Source of the DNA: a virus
Virus record (IMG/VR): IMGVR_UViG_3300028568_000020
Reading direction: 5' to 3' (one strand)
Length of the DNA stretch: 36,848 nt
Positions within the stretch are counted from its first letter, which is position 1. Every line of letters begins with the position of its first letter. This document shows positions 17,450 through 26,610 of the stretch, piece by piece. Both the position numbers and the translations under genes were made by a program. The notes below the pieces were generated by a model that was not told where the DNA came from, did no database searches, and saw only the letters and a list, made by a program, of their open reading frames with translations.

Positions 17450-17737
17450 TCACTTCCCATAAGCTACCCAAGTTCCAGATGTATTTGCTGTTGTAACAAT
17501 AGTTGCAGTTCCTGTCATACCAATACTTGCTGTTGGTTTTGTTTCATTAATTGAACCTGCCCCACCAACTACAACTGCTGATGCAATTGGTGTTATATCA
17601 ATATGATATAAATAACTTAATCCTGTTGCTATATCCCCACCTGTTGAGCCACCTGCCCCAACAAATGTCCCAAATACAACTCTAACATCACCCATAACCG
17701 TTTGTTTAGTTATGGCAACTGTAAATGTTCCAGTCAT
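17450..17737 (-). CDS. Probable capsid decoration / minor head protein
   Basis: 95 aa, Gly/Thr-rich beta pattern, two genes downstream of the capsid gene. Confidence 0.5.
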   Translation of the reverse strand: MTGTFTVAITKQTVMGDVRVVFGTFVGAGGSTGGDIATGLSYLYHIDITPIASAVVVGGAGSINETKPTASIGMTGTATIVTTANTSGTWVAYGK

Positions 17738-17741
17738 TTAA

Positions 17742-17987
17742 TTATTCCCCCTTATCTACTCTAATTTTTTCAACCTTTGGTTTTTCAACCTTTGGTTTTT
17801 CATACCTAACTTCATTTAAAGGCTGGTCATTTATCACAGCAAAAGCAAGTGGGTGCTTTTTGAAATATTCAATATCCATATCTTTAATGTCAACTGTTTC
17901 ATTTCCCACAAAAGTATAAAGGTTTAAAGATGGGTTTGCTTTGGCAGTAAAAATACCTCTACTTCCAATATATTTAACTTTTGTCAT
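17742..17987 (-). CDS. Small head-module protein
   Basis: AGGTGA SD; VKYIG start; C-terminal EKPKV repeats. Confidence 0.55.
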   Translation of the reverse strand: MTKVKYIGSRGIFTAKANPSLNLYTFVGNETVDIKDMDIEYFKKHPLAFAVINDQPLNEVRYEKPKVEKPKVEKIRVDKGE

Positions 17988-18000
17988 TTTATCACCTTAA

Positions 18001-18020
18001 AATAAAAAAAAATAAAAGAT
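18001..18020 (-). terminator. Oligo-T terminator after the capsid gene
   Basis: Minus strand ATCTTTTATTTTTTTTATT immediately after the stop. Confidence 0.5.
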
Positions 18021-19130
18021 TTATAATAAATCTCTTATTTTGCCGTGACACTTGAATTTAGTTGCAAACAACTGTGCTGATGTATAATAAGACGCCTTTC
18101 TAGCAAAATGGTCTAACTCAATATAGTTATCCGAACTCCATAATGTAGTCGGTTTTGCAATGGCTATTCCTATATGGTCTAAATCCAATATGTAAATTCT
18201 GCTTGCTGTATCTTTGGCAATGTTGTTGCTTCTGATAATGGGTATTCCGTCAAAAGTTGCACATCTAAATCCTGTTTCCCTTCCAACAACCCTAACACCG
18301 TTAAAGCTGGTTTCCAAGTTCACATAATCAATATATCTTTGCTGTGTTTCGTAAAGTGATGCAATATCTGATGCTGTATCATAACCTGTTATGATTACCT
18401 TATTCTGTGGTCTATCCCAATAAGGTTCAATTTCTGTTATTGTATCCCTTAAAAGTTTTATAGTTAATGCCCTATCAGTTCCAGAATTGTGGTTAACATA
18501 AGCATCTGCATAAGTTGCTCCACTATCCCTATCTAAACCCTGAAAAGTGTTATCATTTGCTGTTAATGATAAACCAGAAGCTTCTGAATTACTTGAACAA
18601 ACCCTATCAATACTTTCAATATTATTTCCTGCAAGTGTGTCTACATCTGTGCATAAGTTAACATTAATAAGTTTTTTATGTTCCTGCCCCATATAATCAA
18701 CAATCTGTGCCCACTTAACAGTATCGTCTTTTGTTTCAATGTTTAATGACCTTAAACTCATTTCAAAAGCTGTTGCCATTTCTGCTGGTGATATATCTAT
18801 TTGGGCAAGTGTTGGTTTTGTGGTATCGGGTATAGCTGAATTTTCTGCTACTCCACCGCCACTTGAATTTGCTTCTGCTGTTAAAAATCTAAACCCAGAT
18901 TTTTCCCAATCTACTTTTGGTAATACCCCAAACACATTGGCTTCTGTGCTCATCTGATAAAATAGTTTTGCCCCATAAATGTTATTTCTAAATCCAGTTG
19001 TTCCCTGTAAAATTGGTGCATCTTCTTTTAATAGGTTTTCCATTTCTGGATTATCCAATGCATAAGTTTCATTTACCAACTGTGAAATGGGTTTCATTTT
19101 ATAAATGGGTGTCCCATAAAAATCAGTCAT
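18021..19130 (-). CDS. Major capsid protein (HK97 fold)
   Basis: 369 aa after the protease; GGGVAENSAIPDT, QIDISPAEM, NIESID, TFDGIPII, YYTSAQL patterns. Confidence 0.85.
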   Translation of the reverse strand: MTDFYGTPIYKMKPISQLVNETYALDNPEMENLLKEDAPILQGTTGFRNNIYGAKLFYQMSTEANVFGVLPKVDWEKSGFRFLTAEANSSGGGVAENSAIPDTTKPTLAQIDISPAEMATAFEMSLRSLNIETKDDTVKWAQIVDYMGQEHKKLINVNLCTDVDTLAGNNIESIDRVCSSNSEASGLSLTANDNTFQGLDRDSGATYADAYVNHNSGTDRALTIKLLRDTITEIEPYWDRPQNKVIITGYDTASDIASLYETQQRYIDYVNLETSFNGVRVVGRETGFRCATFDGIPIIRSNNIAKDTASRIYILDLDHIGIAIAKPTTLWSSDNYIELDHFARKASYYTSAQLFATKFKCHGKIRDLL

Positions 19131-20168
19131 TTAATATTCCCCCTCAATTTTATTTAATTTATCTAATTTCCCCAAAACAGTTTCATCTAGTGATTTTGCA
19201 ATTATAGGTTCTTCTTTTACTTTACCCAATGGTATTTTCTTTTCCTCAACAACTGGTGTTTCTGATTTTTTTAATTTCTCAAAAACTAAACTTGCAATTT
19301 CTTCCGCTTCTTCTTTTGTAAGTCTAACTTTATAACCTTCTGGTGTTTTAACAACTTCTGGTTCTACTGCTACTTTGGGTTCAACCTTTTTAGTTTCTGC
19401 CTTTTCAATTTTGGGTTCTTTGAGTTTTTCCCATTCCCCCATTTTTGTTTTTATTTCTTTAATTTCCTTTTCTAAAACTTCCAATTTTGGAGTTTCAATA
19501 ACTGGTTCAACTTTTGTTTCTACTTTTTCTTCTTTAACAAAAGCTTCCCCTTCTTTAATATCTTCTTTCAATAAAATCCCCCCATTACTTATAGGTTTAA
19601 AAAAAGCCAATGGATTAGCACCTTTTTCTGTTATTGTTACTGCATCTAATGTTAAGTCATCTACACTTGTATAACAATTTTTCTTATCACAAACATAAGA
19701 TGTATTTATCTTATGCCCACTTATAGAAAACATATTATAAAAGCCATTTTGTATTTTTTGTATTAAAGATTTATTAAAATCATTATCATTGAAAATATTA
19801 GCAACAATGAACAGATATTTTTTTAAAGGTTCTAAATTTACATTCATTGATTTAAAAAAACTAATATCATATTCATTTGGGTAATCCACTTTGGTTCTTA
19901 AAAGAGTATCTTTATTAATAACAAATTCTGGTAAAATTTTTCCAACTATTGTATCCCTATGTTTATAAGAAACAGTTTGTCTTGTTAAAAGTTGTGGCAA
20001 TCTTTTTTCCAATGCTTCCATTTTAACAATTTCATTTTGGGTATCTAAAATTTCTGCACTTCCGATACCATAAATAACAAGTTCCCCTGTATCAGTTTCC
20101 CCTGCTTTCTGTATAAGACTATTAAAGAAAACATCTTGGGTATTTTTAATATACTCTACTTCCCCCAT
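19131..20168 (-). CDS. Prohead protease with C-terminal scaffold-like region
   Basis: IYGIGSAEILDTQNEIV, YKHRD (His), FSISG (Ser), VTITEKGANP; Glu/Lys/Pro-rich tail. Confidence 0.8.
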   Translation of the reverse strand: MGEVEYIKNTQDVFFNSLIQKAGETDTGELVIYGIGSAEILDTQNEIVKMEALEKRLPQLLTRQTVSYKHRDTIVGKILPEFVINKDTLLRTKVDYPNEYDISFFKSMNVNLEPLKKYLFIVANIFNDNDFNKSLIQKIQNGFYNMFSISGHKINTSYVCDKKNCYTSVDDLTLDAVTITEKGANPLAFFKPISNGGILLKEDIKEGEAFVKEEKVETKVEPVIETPKLEVLEKEIKEIKTKMGEWEKLKEPKIEKAETKKVEPKVAVEPEVVKTPEGYKVRLTKEEAEEIASLVFEKLKKSETPVVEEKKIPLGKVKEEPIIAKSLDETVLGKLDKLNKIEGEY

Positions 20169-20243
20169 AAGTAATAGTAAATTTAAAAACTATTTAAAAT
20201 TAACTACAAATTAATTAAAAAATATATAAAAAACAGTAATTAT

Positions 20244-20420
20244 TTAATCTTCATTTAACCTTTTGGTTAAATTGGTAAAAAATAGGGTATATTCTGAACC
20301 ATCTTTATCACATAATATAACCCTATCTTTTCTCAAATCCCCAACTTCCAGAACCATTTGGTCATATAAAACAAAATCCCCTTTTTTAAGGGGTGTCCCA
20401 TTTTGGTCTTTAAAGTTCAT
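20244..20420 (-). CDS. Small SH3/KOW-like hypothetical protein
   Basis: DQNGTPLKKGDFV motif; start re-called at ATG 20420. Confidence 0.55.
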   Translation of the reverse strand: MNFKDQNGTPLKKGDFVLYDQMVLEVGDLRKDRVILCDKDGSEYTLFFTNLTKRLNED

Positions 20421-20425
20421 CTTAA

Positions 20426-20800
20426 TCACTCTGTGTAGTAAATCCCAATTGCCCAGTTTGTTTCATATTCTATTGCTATTGGGTATTTGTGTTCCCTGAA
20501 ATAAGTTGTTAACTTGTCTACAATATTGTAAGGGTTGTCCATTGTAAAGTGCTCATACCCTGCTCCGTCAAAGGTAACAGTTAATAAACAGTTAGAGTTT
20601 CCACTTAAAGTTCCTGTCCAACCTTTGCTTATGTCGTCGTTATATTCGTGTTCTATAATCTTGTTACTAAAAATAAGGGTGTCTGCAAATTCGTCACCCC
20701 AACCGTTTTTTTTGTTCATTGGGTTGAACTGCTTTCTGATTTCGCTCATTTCCTGCCTTAAAACCTTCTTACAAATTTTTTTACAAGTTGTTTTATCCAT
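20426..20800 (-). CDS. Hypothetical protein with own promoter
   Basis: GGTGA SD; promoter at 20829-20850. Confidence 0.6.
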   Translation of the reverse strand: MDKTTCKKICKKVLRQEMSEIRKQFNPMNKKNGWGDEFADTLIFSNKIIEHEYNDDISKGWTGTLSGNSNCLLTVTFDGAGYEHFTMDNPYNIVDKLTTYFREHKYPIAIEYETNWAIGIYYTE

Positions 20801-20828
20801 CTACATCACCATATTATAATAGGGGTGT

Positions 20829-20850
20829 TATATATATAAAGTTAACGGTT
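20829..20850 (-). promoter_or_regulatory. Archaeal BRE-TATA promoter
   Basis: Minus strand AACCGTTAACTTTATATATATA. Confidence 0.72.
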
Positions 20851-21228
20851 GGTAATTAGTTTATCATCAACCATTCTTTTAATTCTTTCCAATAAAACAG
20901 GCAGATTTTTCATAACACTTACTTTCATAAATGCTTTTCTGGTCATTGGTCGTGTCATCTTTACTCCATAACCTTCTGGTTCTGATGGTTCATTATACTT
21001 GGCGTATAAAACTTTGGCATTTCCTGCTGTTATCTCTTGCCCATCTTCTATATCTGTTTGCATAATACTTTGAGATAAATTCCCAGTTTTCCCTTTTGGT
21101 GATAACTCAACTGCACTATCAACAACATCTTTCCCAAAATCTTTAAACAGTAACCTTAATTCTTTTTTAATATCTTCCTTTTTTGCAAAATAAAGGTCTT
21201 TGGAAACTTCGATTTTTATTTCAATCAT
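20842..21228 (-). CDS. HK97 gp10-like neck/tail-completion protein
   Basis: AVELSPKGKTGNLSQSI, YAKYNE, FMK patterns of the gp10 family. Confidence 0.7.
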   Translation of the reverse strand: MIEIKIEVSKDLYFAKKEDIKKELRLLFKDFGKDVVDSAVELSPKGKTGNLSQSIMQTDIEDGQEITAGNAKVLYAKYNEPSEPEGYGVKMTRPMTRKAFMKVSVMKNLPVLLERIKRMVDDKLITNR

Positions 21229-21477
21229 TTAAATAATCTTTCCCTTTAAACTTTTTAACATTTTTTTAGCTTGCTTTTTATCCACAAAATCAAAATTTAT
21301 ATATTCTTTTTTATTATCTGAAATATCTTCATTAAATTCAAACAATACTTTTTCCTTCCCAATGGGTGTTTTATGATTAAATCTTCCAATGGAAATTAAA
21401 TCTGGTATATTTTCCCCAAATTCACAATCTTTATTTCTGTGCTTACAGTAAAGACAAATTTCTACCATTGCGTTCAT
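21229..21477 (-). CDS. Small Cys-containing protein downstream of MuF (candidate immunity/partner)
   Basis: CLYCKH...C..G..IP..I..G.F.H..P pattern; TTTATATA box at about 21495-21503 just upstream. Confidence 0.55.
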   Translation of the reverse strand: MNAMVEICLYCKHRNKDCEFGENIPDLISIGRFNHKTPIGKEKVLFEFNEDISDNKKEYINFDFVDKKQAKKMLKSLKGKII

Positions 21478-21516
21478 TTTAACCCCTATTATCTATATAT
21501 AAAAAACTTTATAAAT

Positions 21517-23400
21517 TTAACTGTTATATTTTTCTAAAACTTCTCTATCCACCTGCCCAAAAAATGTTTTTTTCTCATTTGACCATTTAGTAACTTTTTT
21601 TATCGCATCCCTATTACCCATTTCTGATAAAACATAAAGAGAATAATTTTCTGCAAAAGTTTCCAAATATAAATTTTCTAAATTATAATTTTTTTCTTTT
21701 GAATAAGATGATGTATTAAATAATTCTTTTATTAAATGTTTTTGTTCTAAATCTACTAATTTTTCAAATAATTTATCACTTTCACTTTCAAATGTAGTAT
21801 AATCAATTTCATTATTTAATAATTGAGTATTTAAATCTTGAATTTGATTATGAATATCTTGTATTTGTTTCTGTTGGTCTAAATATAAATCTTCAATCAT
21901 CTTACTAAAAAATAACCTATTTTCTGAATTTTTCATATCAAACCCAAAATCTAAACTGTGTGAAATTTCGTGATATAAATTTCCCTCAAATGTTGGCATT
22001 GCGTGCTGTGGTATTCCATTTTCTTTTAAACTATCCAAATCTTCTAAATGCATTTTATACAGTATATATTCATCTAAACCGTGAACTCTTACTAAATTAT
22101 CGTCCATATAATCATTGTAACCCCAAGAACCAAAATCAGTATCCATTGTAATTAATTTAATTGGTAATTTACCATATCTTTCTTCCAATCTTTTTAATTC
22201 CAAAATCAATTTCCTTGAAGAAGATAATGTCTGTTCTTCTATCCATTTAATAAAAATATCATCTAATTCCTTACTTTTAAATTGCCCTACTGCCCATTTA
22301 CTCACCCACATTGAAGGGTCTTCTTCATAATCTTCTATAAGTTTTTTAAGAATACTATCTACCAATTCGGTTCGCATATCATAAAAATATCTAAAATAAG
22401 AACTTATACTAATTCTGAAATCATCATCTGCAATTATTCCTTTAAATCTACCGTTTATTTCTTCTGCCCCTAAATCAACTGGTGTTTTTAAATGGGTATC
22501 TGCCCACCTTTGTAACTGTTCCTCATTCATCTTACTTAAATCTGCATCATACGCTAACAAATCAACTTCTGGTTTTAACTTCTTGTCTGGTTCATAACTA
22601 TATTGACTGAAATATTTCCCCTGTTCCAACTCATATTGATAGTGGCACATACAGTTGGGGTGAAAAGGAATATCTGGGTTATTAAGTAAAGTATTTTCAT
22701 AAGGTTGGTCAATGGGTATTGCCCCCTGTGCTTCAAACTCTTTACACCGTTCACAACCCACAACCGTTTTTACCCTTTTCATTGTGTATCCCAATGATTT
22801 TGCTGATGCTAAACTTGCTTGTGTAAATACCCTTGTAGCTTCTGTTCTACCAACCATTTCCCAGTAAGTTTTATTATCCATCCCATAAGGATTTTCACCA
22901 AGTAACTTTTTTAAACCCCTTTCTGCCCTGTCATAACTATAACCTGTCATCATTAGTTCTTCCAAAAAACCAAATATGGCTTTTTTCTGTTCATCTTCCC
23001 AGCCTTGCATAAATGGGGTTTCATAAGTAGCAAAAAACTGTTCCAAAAAAGATAAATTGTAAGGTGTAACCTCATCTAAAAACCCACCTGTAACTTTTAA
23101 ATCTTCCTTTTTTAGTTCCTGTAAGGCAAACAACTTTTTAATGGAATACTCTTTATGGGTATCATTAAAACTTTTAAGATAAACATTTTTTAAGTAAATT
23201 GAAAGTAAAGATTTTAAAGCAACACTTGTGTCTTTAATATCCTCTTCAATATCTGTTACAAGTTGACTTCTACTTTTATGTTTTTCAAACTTTTTGACTA
23301 TACTTAAAATATTTTTTTGGTGCTGGTAATCCACCTTGTAAAGTTGTTCGGCAATAAACAAAAAGTAACTTTCAATTTCCTGTAAAGACTTTAACAACAA
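21517..23400 (-). CDS. MuF (gpF/SPP1 gp7-like) head protein with C-terminal zinc metallopeptidase-like extension
   Basis: RTEATR, CERC, PFHPNCMCHY (MuF); C-terminal HEISH (21958-21972) and ETFAE. Confidence 0.8.
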   Translation of the reverse strand: MLLKSLQEIESYFLFIAEQLYKVDYQHQKNILSIVKKFEKHKSRSQLVTDIEEDIKDTSVALKSLLSIYLKNVYLKSFNDTHKEYSIKKLFALQELKKEDLKVTGGFLDEVTPYNLSFLEQFFATYETPFMQGWEDEQKKAIFGFLEELMMTGYSYDRAERGLKKLLGENPYGMDNKTYWEMVGRTEATRVFTQASLASAKSLGYTMKRVKTVVGCERCKEFEAQGAIPIDQPYENTLLNNPDIPFHPNCMCHYQYELEQGKYFSQYSYEPDKKLKPEVDLLAYDADLSKMNEEQLQRWADTHLKTPVDLGAEEINGRFKGIIADDDFRISISSYFRYFYDMRTELVDSILKKLIEDYEEDPSMWVSKWAVGQFKSKELDDIFIKWIEEQTLSSSRKLILELKRLEERYGKLPIKLITMDTDFGSWGYNDYMDDNLVRVHGLDEYILYKMHLEDLDSLKENGIPQHAMPTFEGNLYHEISHSLDFGFDMKNSENRLFFSKMIEDLYLDQQKQIQDIHNQIQDLNTQLLNNEIDYTTFESESDKLFEKLVDLEQKHLIKELFNTSSYSKEKNYNLENLYLETFAENYSLYVLSEMGNRDAIKKVTKWSNEKKTFFGQVDREVLEKYNS

Positions 23401-24926
23401 ATTTTTTTTTTAACCATTTTTTCAAACTTTTCATATTTAACTGGGTCATCTATTACTTCTTCCACATCAATATATTGAACTTCTGGCTGTATCTGTTTTT
23501 GCTGGTTTTTAGCTTTTTCTGATACCACAATATCATTATCAACATATTGAACTTCAAAACCACTTGTTAAAAATATGTTTGCAGTTTCGGCTTTTATCTT
23601 TTGTATCTGGGCTTCCCTCAATTCATCTTTAATTGTAAAATCTGGAAATGCAATATAATAATCGGTAATCCCAAAAGCTTCCATTATTCGTTTATTAAAA
23701 GGTTCTTCAATTGTCCTAATCAAACCCCTTTTGGTTGAACCCATAACTACATCTTGTATATTTGGGTTGTTACCAGCTTTTCCACTTTCCACAACACCAG
23801 AAAATACTGGGGGCACTTCAAAAACACTTGCTAAAACTTCTCTATAAAACTTATACCATTCCAAACTTTGTAACTTTTCGGCATCTGGTAAAGCATCAAA
23901 CACCTTAATATCTGATGCCCCACTTATACCCAAATAAACATCATACAAAAATCTTTTTAACCCAAAACCTTCTCTAACATTATTTTCAACATTATCCCTA
24001 ATTTCATTTATCTGGTCTTGTGTTGCCCCATTGAAAACAAAAATCTTATTTAACTTTCTTTTAACAAAAATATCTGAATTTAAACTGTCCAATCCAATAA
24101 GTGCTTGTAACTGCTGTATAGCAGAAACCAGTTTTGGAGTTCCATATAAATCTGGCAACTGCCTGTTATAATGCCCCTCAATCATTTCTTCTTTTTTGTA
24201 TCTGGCAACAATAACATCACTATATGGAGTTTCCAATTTAATGTAATAAGTTTCCCACAACTCTGCTCCACATTCTGGACAAGTGGTTTCCCCATCTTTA
24301 TAAATTTTATCTGGTTTATAACACAATGGACAAAACTTTTCGTTTGGTGTTTCCCTTATTCTTATGTATCTTGGGTTTTCAACAAACAACCCAGTTGGAG
24401 TTTTTGAAAGTTTTTTATACCCACCTTGTTCATAAGTAAAAGAAACATTAACATAATAACGGTCTAATTTTAATTCCCACAATAAACAACTTCTAATAAT
24501 TTCATAAAAATCATAATTTGGGTTTGGGTCATCTACAAACTTATTTAATATGTTCTTATCTTGTATATTTGGTTTTCTTAATTTAGCCCCACATTCACAT
24601 AATTCCATTTCTGGTAAATGATTATATTCTTTTAAACACTTCTCATTAGTGCATTTAAAAGAAAACATTGGTTTTATTTCCCAATTATCTTTTGTGCATT
24701 CTTTTAACAACACACCTAAAATAGATGTCATTATTGCAGAACGGTCGCAATAATTTAAAAGTAAATCTTCATTCCAAACTAATGGTTTAATATAACTACT
24801 GGTATCATCATAAGTATTGGGTAAATTAGTTTTAGGTAAAGCTTTTAATTTTAATTCTGCCTTTTGTAATTTAAGTAATAAAATGTCAACATCATTTTTT
24901 CTTTTAAAAGAACTCAAAAACCCCAT
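23391..24926 (-). CDS. Portal protein with two Cys4 zinc-ribbon insertions
   Basis: YGTPKL, FEVPPVFSG, IEEPFNKRI, ETANIF portal motifs; inserts CTNEKC...CECG and CPLC...CPECG. Confidence 0.82.
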   Translation of the reverse strand: MGFLSSFKRKNDVDILLLKLQKAELKLKALPKTNLPNTYDDTSSYIKPLVWNEDLLLNYCDRSAIMTSILGVLLKECTKDNWEIKPMFSFKCTNEKCLKEYNHLPEMELCECGAKLRKPNIQDKNILNKFVDDPNPNYDFYEIIRSCLLWELKLDRYYVNVSFTYEQGGYKKLSKTPTGLFVENPRYIRIRETPNEKFCPLCYKPDKIYKDGETTCPECGAELWETYYIKLETPYSDVIVARYKKEEMIEGHYNRQLPDLYGTPKLVSAIQQLQALIGLDSLNSDIFVKRKLNKIFVFNGATQDQINEIRDNVENNVREGFGLKRFLYDVYLGISGASDIKVFDALPDAEKLQSLEWYKFYREVLASVFEVPPVFSGVVESGKAGNNPNIQDVVMGSTKRGLIRTIEEPFNKRIMEAFGITDYYIAFPDFTIKDELREAQIQKIKAETANIFLTSGFEVQYVDNDIVVSEKAKNQQKQIQPEVQYIDVEEVIDDPVKYEKFEKMVKKKICC

Positions 24927-24992
24927 TATAATTTAAAAAGTTAAAATACTTTATATATTTTACTATAAAATAAATTAAAAAAATAAAAAAAT

Positions 24993-25148
24993 TTACCTTA
25001 ATAAAAATGCTTTATATTTTATGTGCTGTTCTATCGTCATATTTTCTTGTGCTGGATAGCTATCAAAAGCATCTCTATCATAAAGCATATCTGCACTTGC
25101 AATAAGTGCTTGATAATCTGCTTCTCTTTCATCATCTGTTAATTCCAT
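24993..25148 (-). CDS. Hypothetical 51-aa acidic protein (not in ORF track)
   Basis: GGGGGTGA SD; MELTDDEREADYQALIASADMLYDRDAF... Confidence 0.55.
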   Translation of the reverse strand: MELTDDEREADYQALIASADMLYDRDAFDSYPAQENMTIEQHIKYKAFLLR

Positions 25149-25162
25149 TTTTAATCACCCCC

Positions 25163-25318
25163 CTACCACCAATTTATATAAAATCCAAATCTTAAAAACT
25201 CTACTGCAAACCAAAATTGAAATGGATTTATTCTAATATCAAATTTAAAAAAGATTAAATCATTTTCTCTAATATCAAAACCTAAAAGTATTTCTAATTG
25301 CCCTTTTTCATATATCAC
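25163..25318 (-). CDS. Hypothetical 51-aa aromatic-rich protein (not in ORF track)
   Basis: AGGTGA SD, GTG start overlapping upstream stop (GTGA); ends ...FLRFGFYINWW. Confidence 0.5.
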   Translation of the reverse strand: MIYEKGQLEILLGFDIRENDLIFFKFDIRINPFQFWFAVEFLRFGFYINWW

Positions 25319-25485
25319 TTTGGTTCACCTTCATAAAATTGTCCAACATCATATTTTCTTTTACATCTAAAACAAGATACTTCTTTTATGTTATATGCTT
25401 CGTGGTTAAGTATAATGTTTGTAAAATCACATACTGGGCAATCCCACATCCACATACGATAAACATCAACTTCATCGGACTTCAT
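25315..25485 (-). CDS. Zinc-ribbon microprotein, 56 aa (not in ORF track)
   Basis: MKSDEVDVYRMWMWDCPVC...VSCFRCKRKY; ATGA overlap; GAGG SD. Confidence 0.65.
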   Translation of the reverse strand: MKSDEVDVYRMWMWDCPVCDFTNIILNHEAYNIKEVSCFRCKRKYDVGQFYEGEPK

Positions 25486-25766
25486 AAGGTCGCCTCTTTT
25501 TCTTTTATTTTAGCAAATAATAAAAATCCCTTTTCAGTTGGAAATACCCCACCTAAAAAATGAACTCTTATTAATCCATGTTTCCAGAAGAATTGCAAAT
25601 CTGATACAGAGCAATTAAATTTTTCGGCTAACATTTGATTTGCTTGTTTTCGTGAATAACAATTTAGATAATAACCGTTATCGTGATAAATATACATAGC
25701 AATTTGTAGATATAATTTAGAATTACTTATGATATTTATTATTGTGTCCTCTAAAATATTGGTCAT
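25482..25766 (-). CDS. Hypothetical protein, possible winged helix
   Basis: C-terminal F..HGLI...V.PTEKG resembles the wHTH wing motif. Confidence 0.5.
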   Translation of the reverse strand: MTNILEDTIINIISNSKLYLQIAMYIYHDNGYYLNCYSRKQANQMLAEKFNCSVSDLQFFWKHGLIRVHFLGGVFPTEKGFLLFAKIKEKEATL

Positions 25767-25769
25767 GGT

Positions 25770-26087
25770 TTAGCCTCTTTTAGCCAATCGTTCTTTTAAT
25801 TTATATAATTCAATTTTATACTGTTTGCTAAATTCTTCATGGGATATTCCAAAAATATAAGTTATCTGATTTAACATTAAAATAACTTGTGCCAATTCAA
25901 GAACCAAATTATCTTTGTATTCCTTATTCTCCACATCGTCAGATTTCCATGCTTTGTTTATAGCTTGTATCAATTCTCCCATCTCTTCAAAAGTCTGCAT
26001 AATTTGTGGAACATACCCATACATCTGAACAGCATCCCTGATTATCTTATCTTTTTCCTGTTTGCAGAAACTAATTTCATCTTCCAT
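25770..26087 (-). CDS. MazG-like all-alpha NTP pyrophosphohydrolase
   Basis: YGYVPQ...EEMGELIQAINK...ELAQV (canonical E-x-A-D-V has Q for D here). Confidence 0.75.
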   Translation of the reverse strand: MEDEISFCKQEKDKIIRDAVQMYGYVPQIMQTFEEMGELIQAINKAWKSDDVENKEYKDNLVLELAQVILMLNQITYIFGISHEEFSKQYKIELYKLKERLAKRG

Positions 26088-26102
26088 TTAATCACCCCTT
26101 AT

Positions 26103-26141
26103 TTATTGCGTATAAGTCTTATTATATGCAACTCTTCTCAT
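26103..26141 (-). CDS. 12-aa leader mini-ORF (MRRVAYNKTYTQ)
   Basis: GAGGAG SD, between the promoter and the MazG SD. Too short to be sure. Confidence 0.25.
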   Translation of the reverse strand: MRRVAYNKTYTQ

Positions 26142-26172
26142 TTATCTCCTCTACACATTTACATATAATGTT

Positions 26173-26197
26173 GGTTATATATATAAAGTTATTGGTT
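26173..26197 (-). promoter_or_regulatory. Archaeal BRE-TATA promoter
   Basis: Minus strand AACCAATAACTTTATATATATAACC. Confidence 0.72.
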
Positions 26198-26448
26198 CAA
26201 CCATATTTTAATTTTAACCCTATCATTAACAACGAAAGCATTAAAGAAATATAATTAGAAATAACAATAGGTGCATCTTGCTTTAATACCCCATAAATAC
26301 ACCACAAAAAAAGTCCACCTGCTAAAATACCCCAGTATAAAAGGGATAAATCTTTTGTTTCTTTTAATTTAATTACCTTAATAACTTGTGGTAAAATTGA
26401 AACAGTTGTTAATGTAGTTGCAACAAAACCCAATAAAATTAAATCCAT
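26197..26448 (-). CDS. SemiSWEET / PQ-loop (MtN3-saliva) transporter
   Basis: 83 aa, three TM helices, T-x-S-x-L-P-Q PQ-loop, ETKDLS, LWCIYG, PIVISN. Confidence 0.9.
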   Translation of the reverse strand: MDLILLGFVATTLTTVSILPQVIKVIKLKETKDLSLLYWGILAGGLFLWCIYGVLKQDAPIVISNYISLMLSLLMIGLKLKYG

Positions 26449-26610
26449 TTACCCACCAACAAAACTATTCATTGTTTGCCCTAGTTCACATTCCCATTCA
26501 TACCTAACATAAGTTCTTAAAAATACACAAAAACCATCAAAATAATCAACTAATGTATCTTCATCTTCCAAGCTAACACAATAACCACAACAAAAACAAC
26601 AAGTGTTAAT
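26449..26610 (-). CDS. Cys-rich microprotein (not in ORF track); start ATT 26610 or GTG 26619
   Basis: INTCCFCCGYC...GFC...WEC; open to TAA 26449 abutting the SemiSWEET ATG; AGGTGA SD. Confidence 0.55.
   Translation of the reverse strand: MNTCCFCCGYCVSLEDEDTLVDYFDGFCVFLRTYVRYEWECELGQTMNSFVGG

Noticed and set aside
17765-17800. Short direct repeat as a mobile-element or slippage signal
   Set aside because: Simply encodes EKPKV twice in a low-complexity tail.
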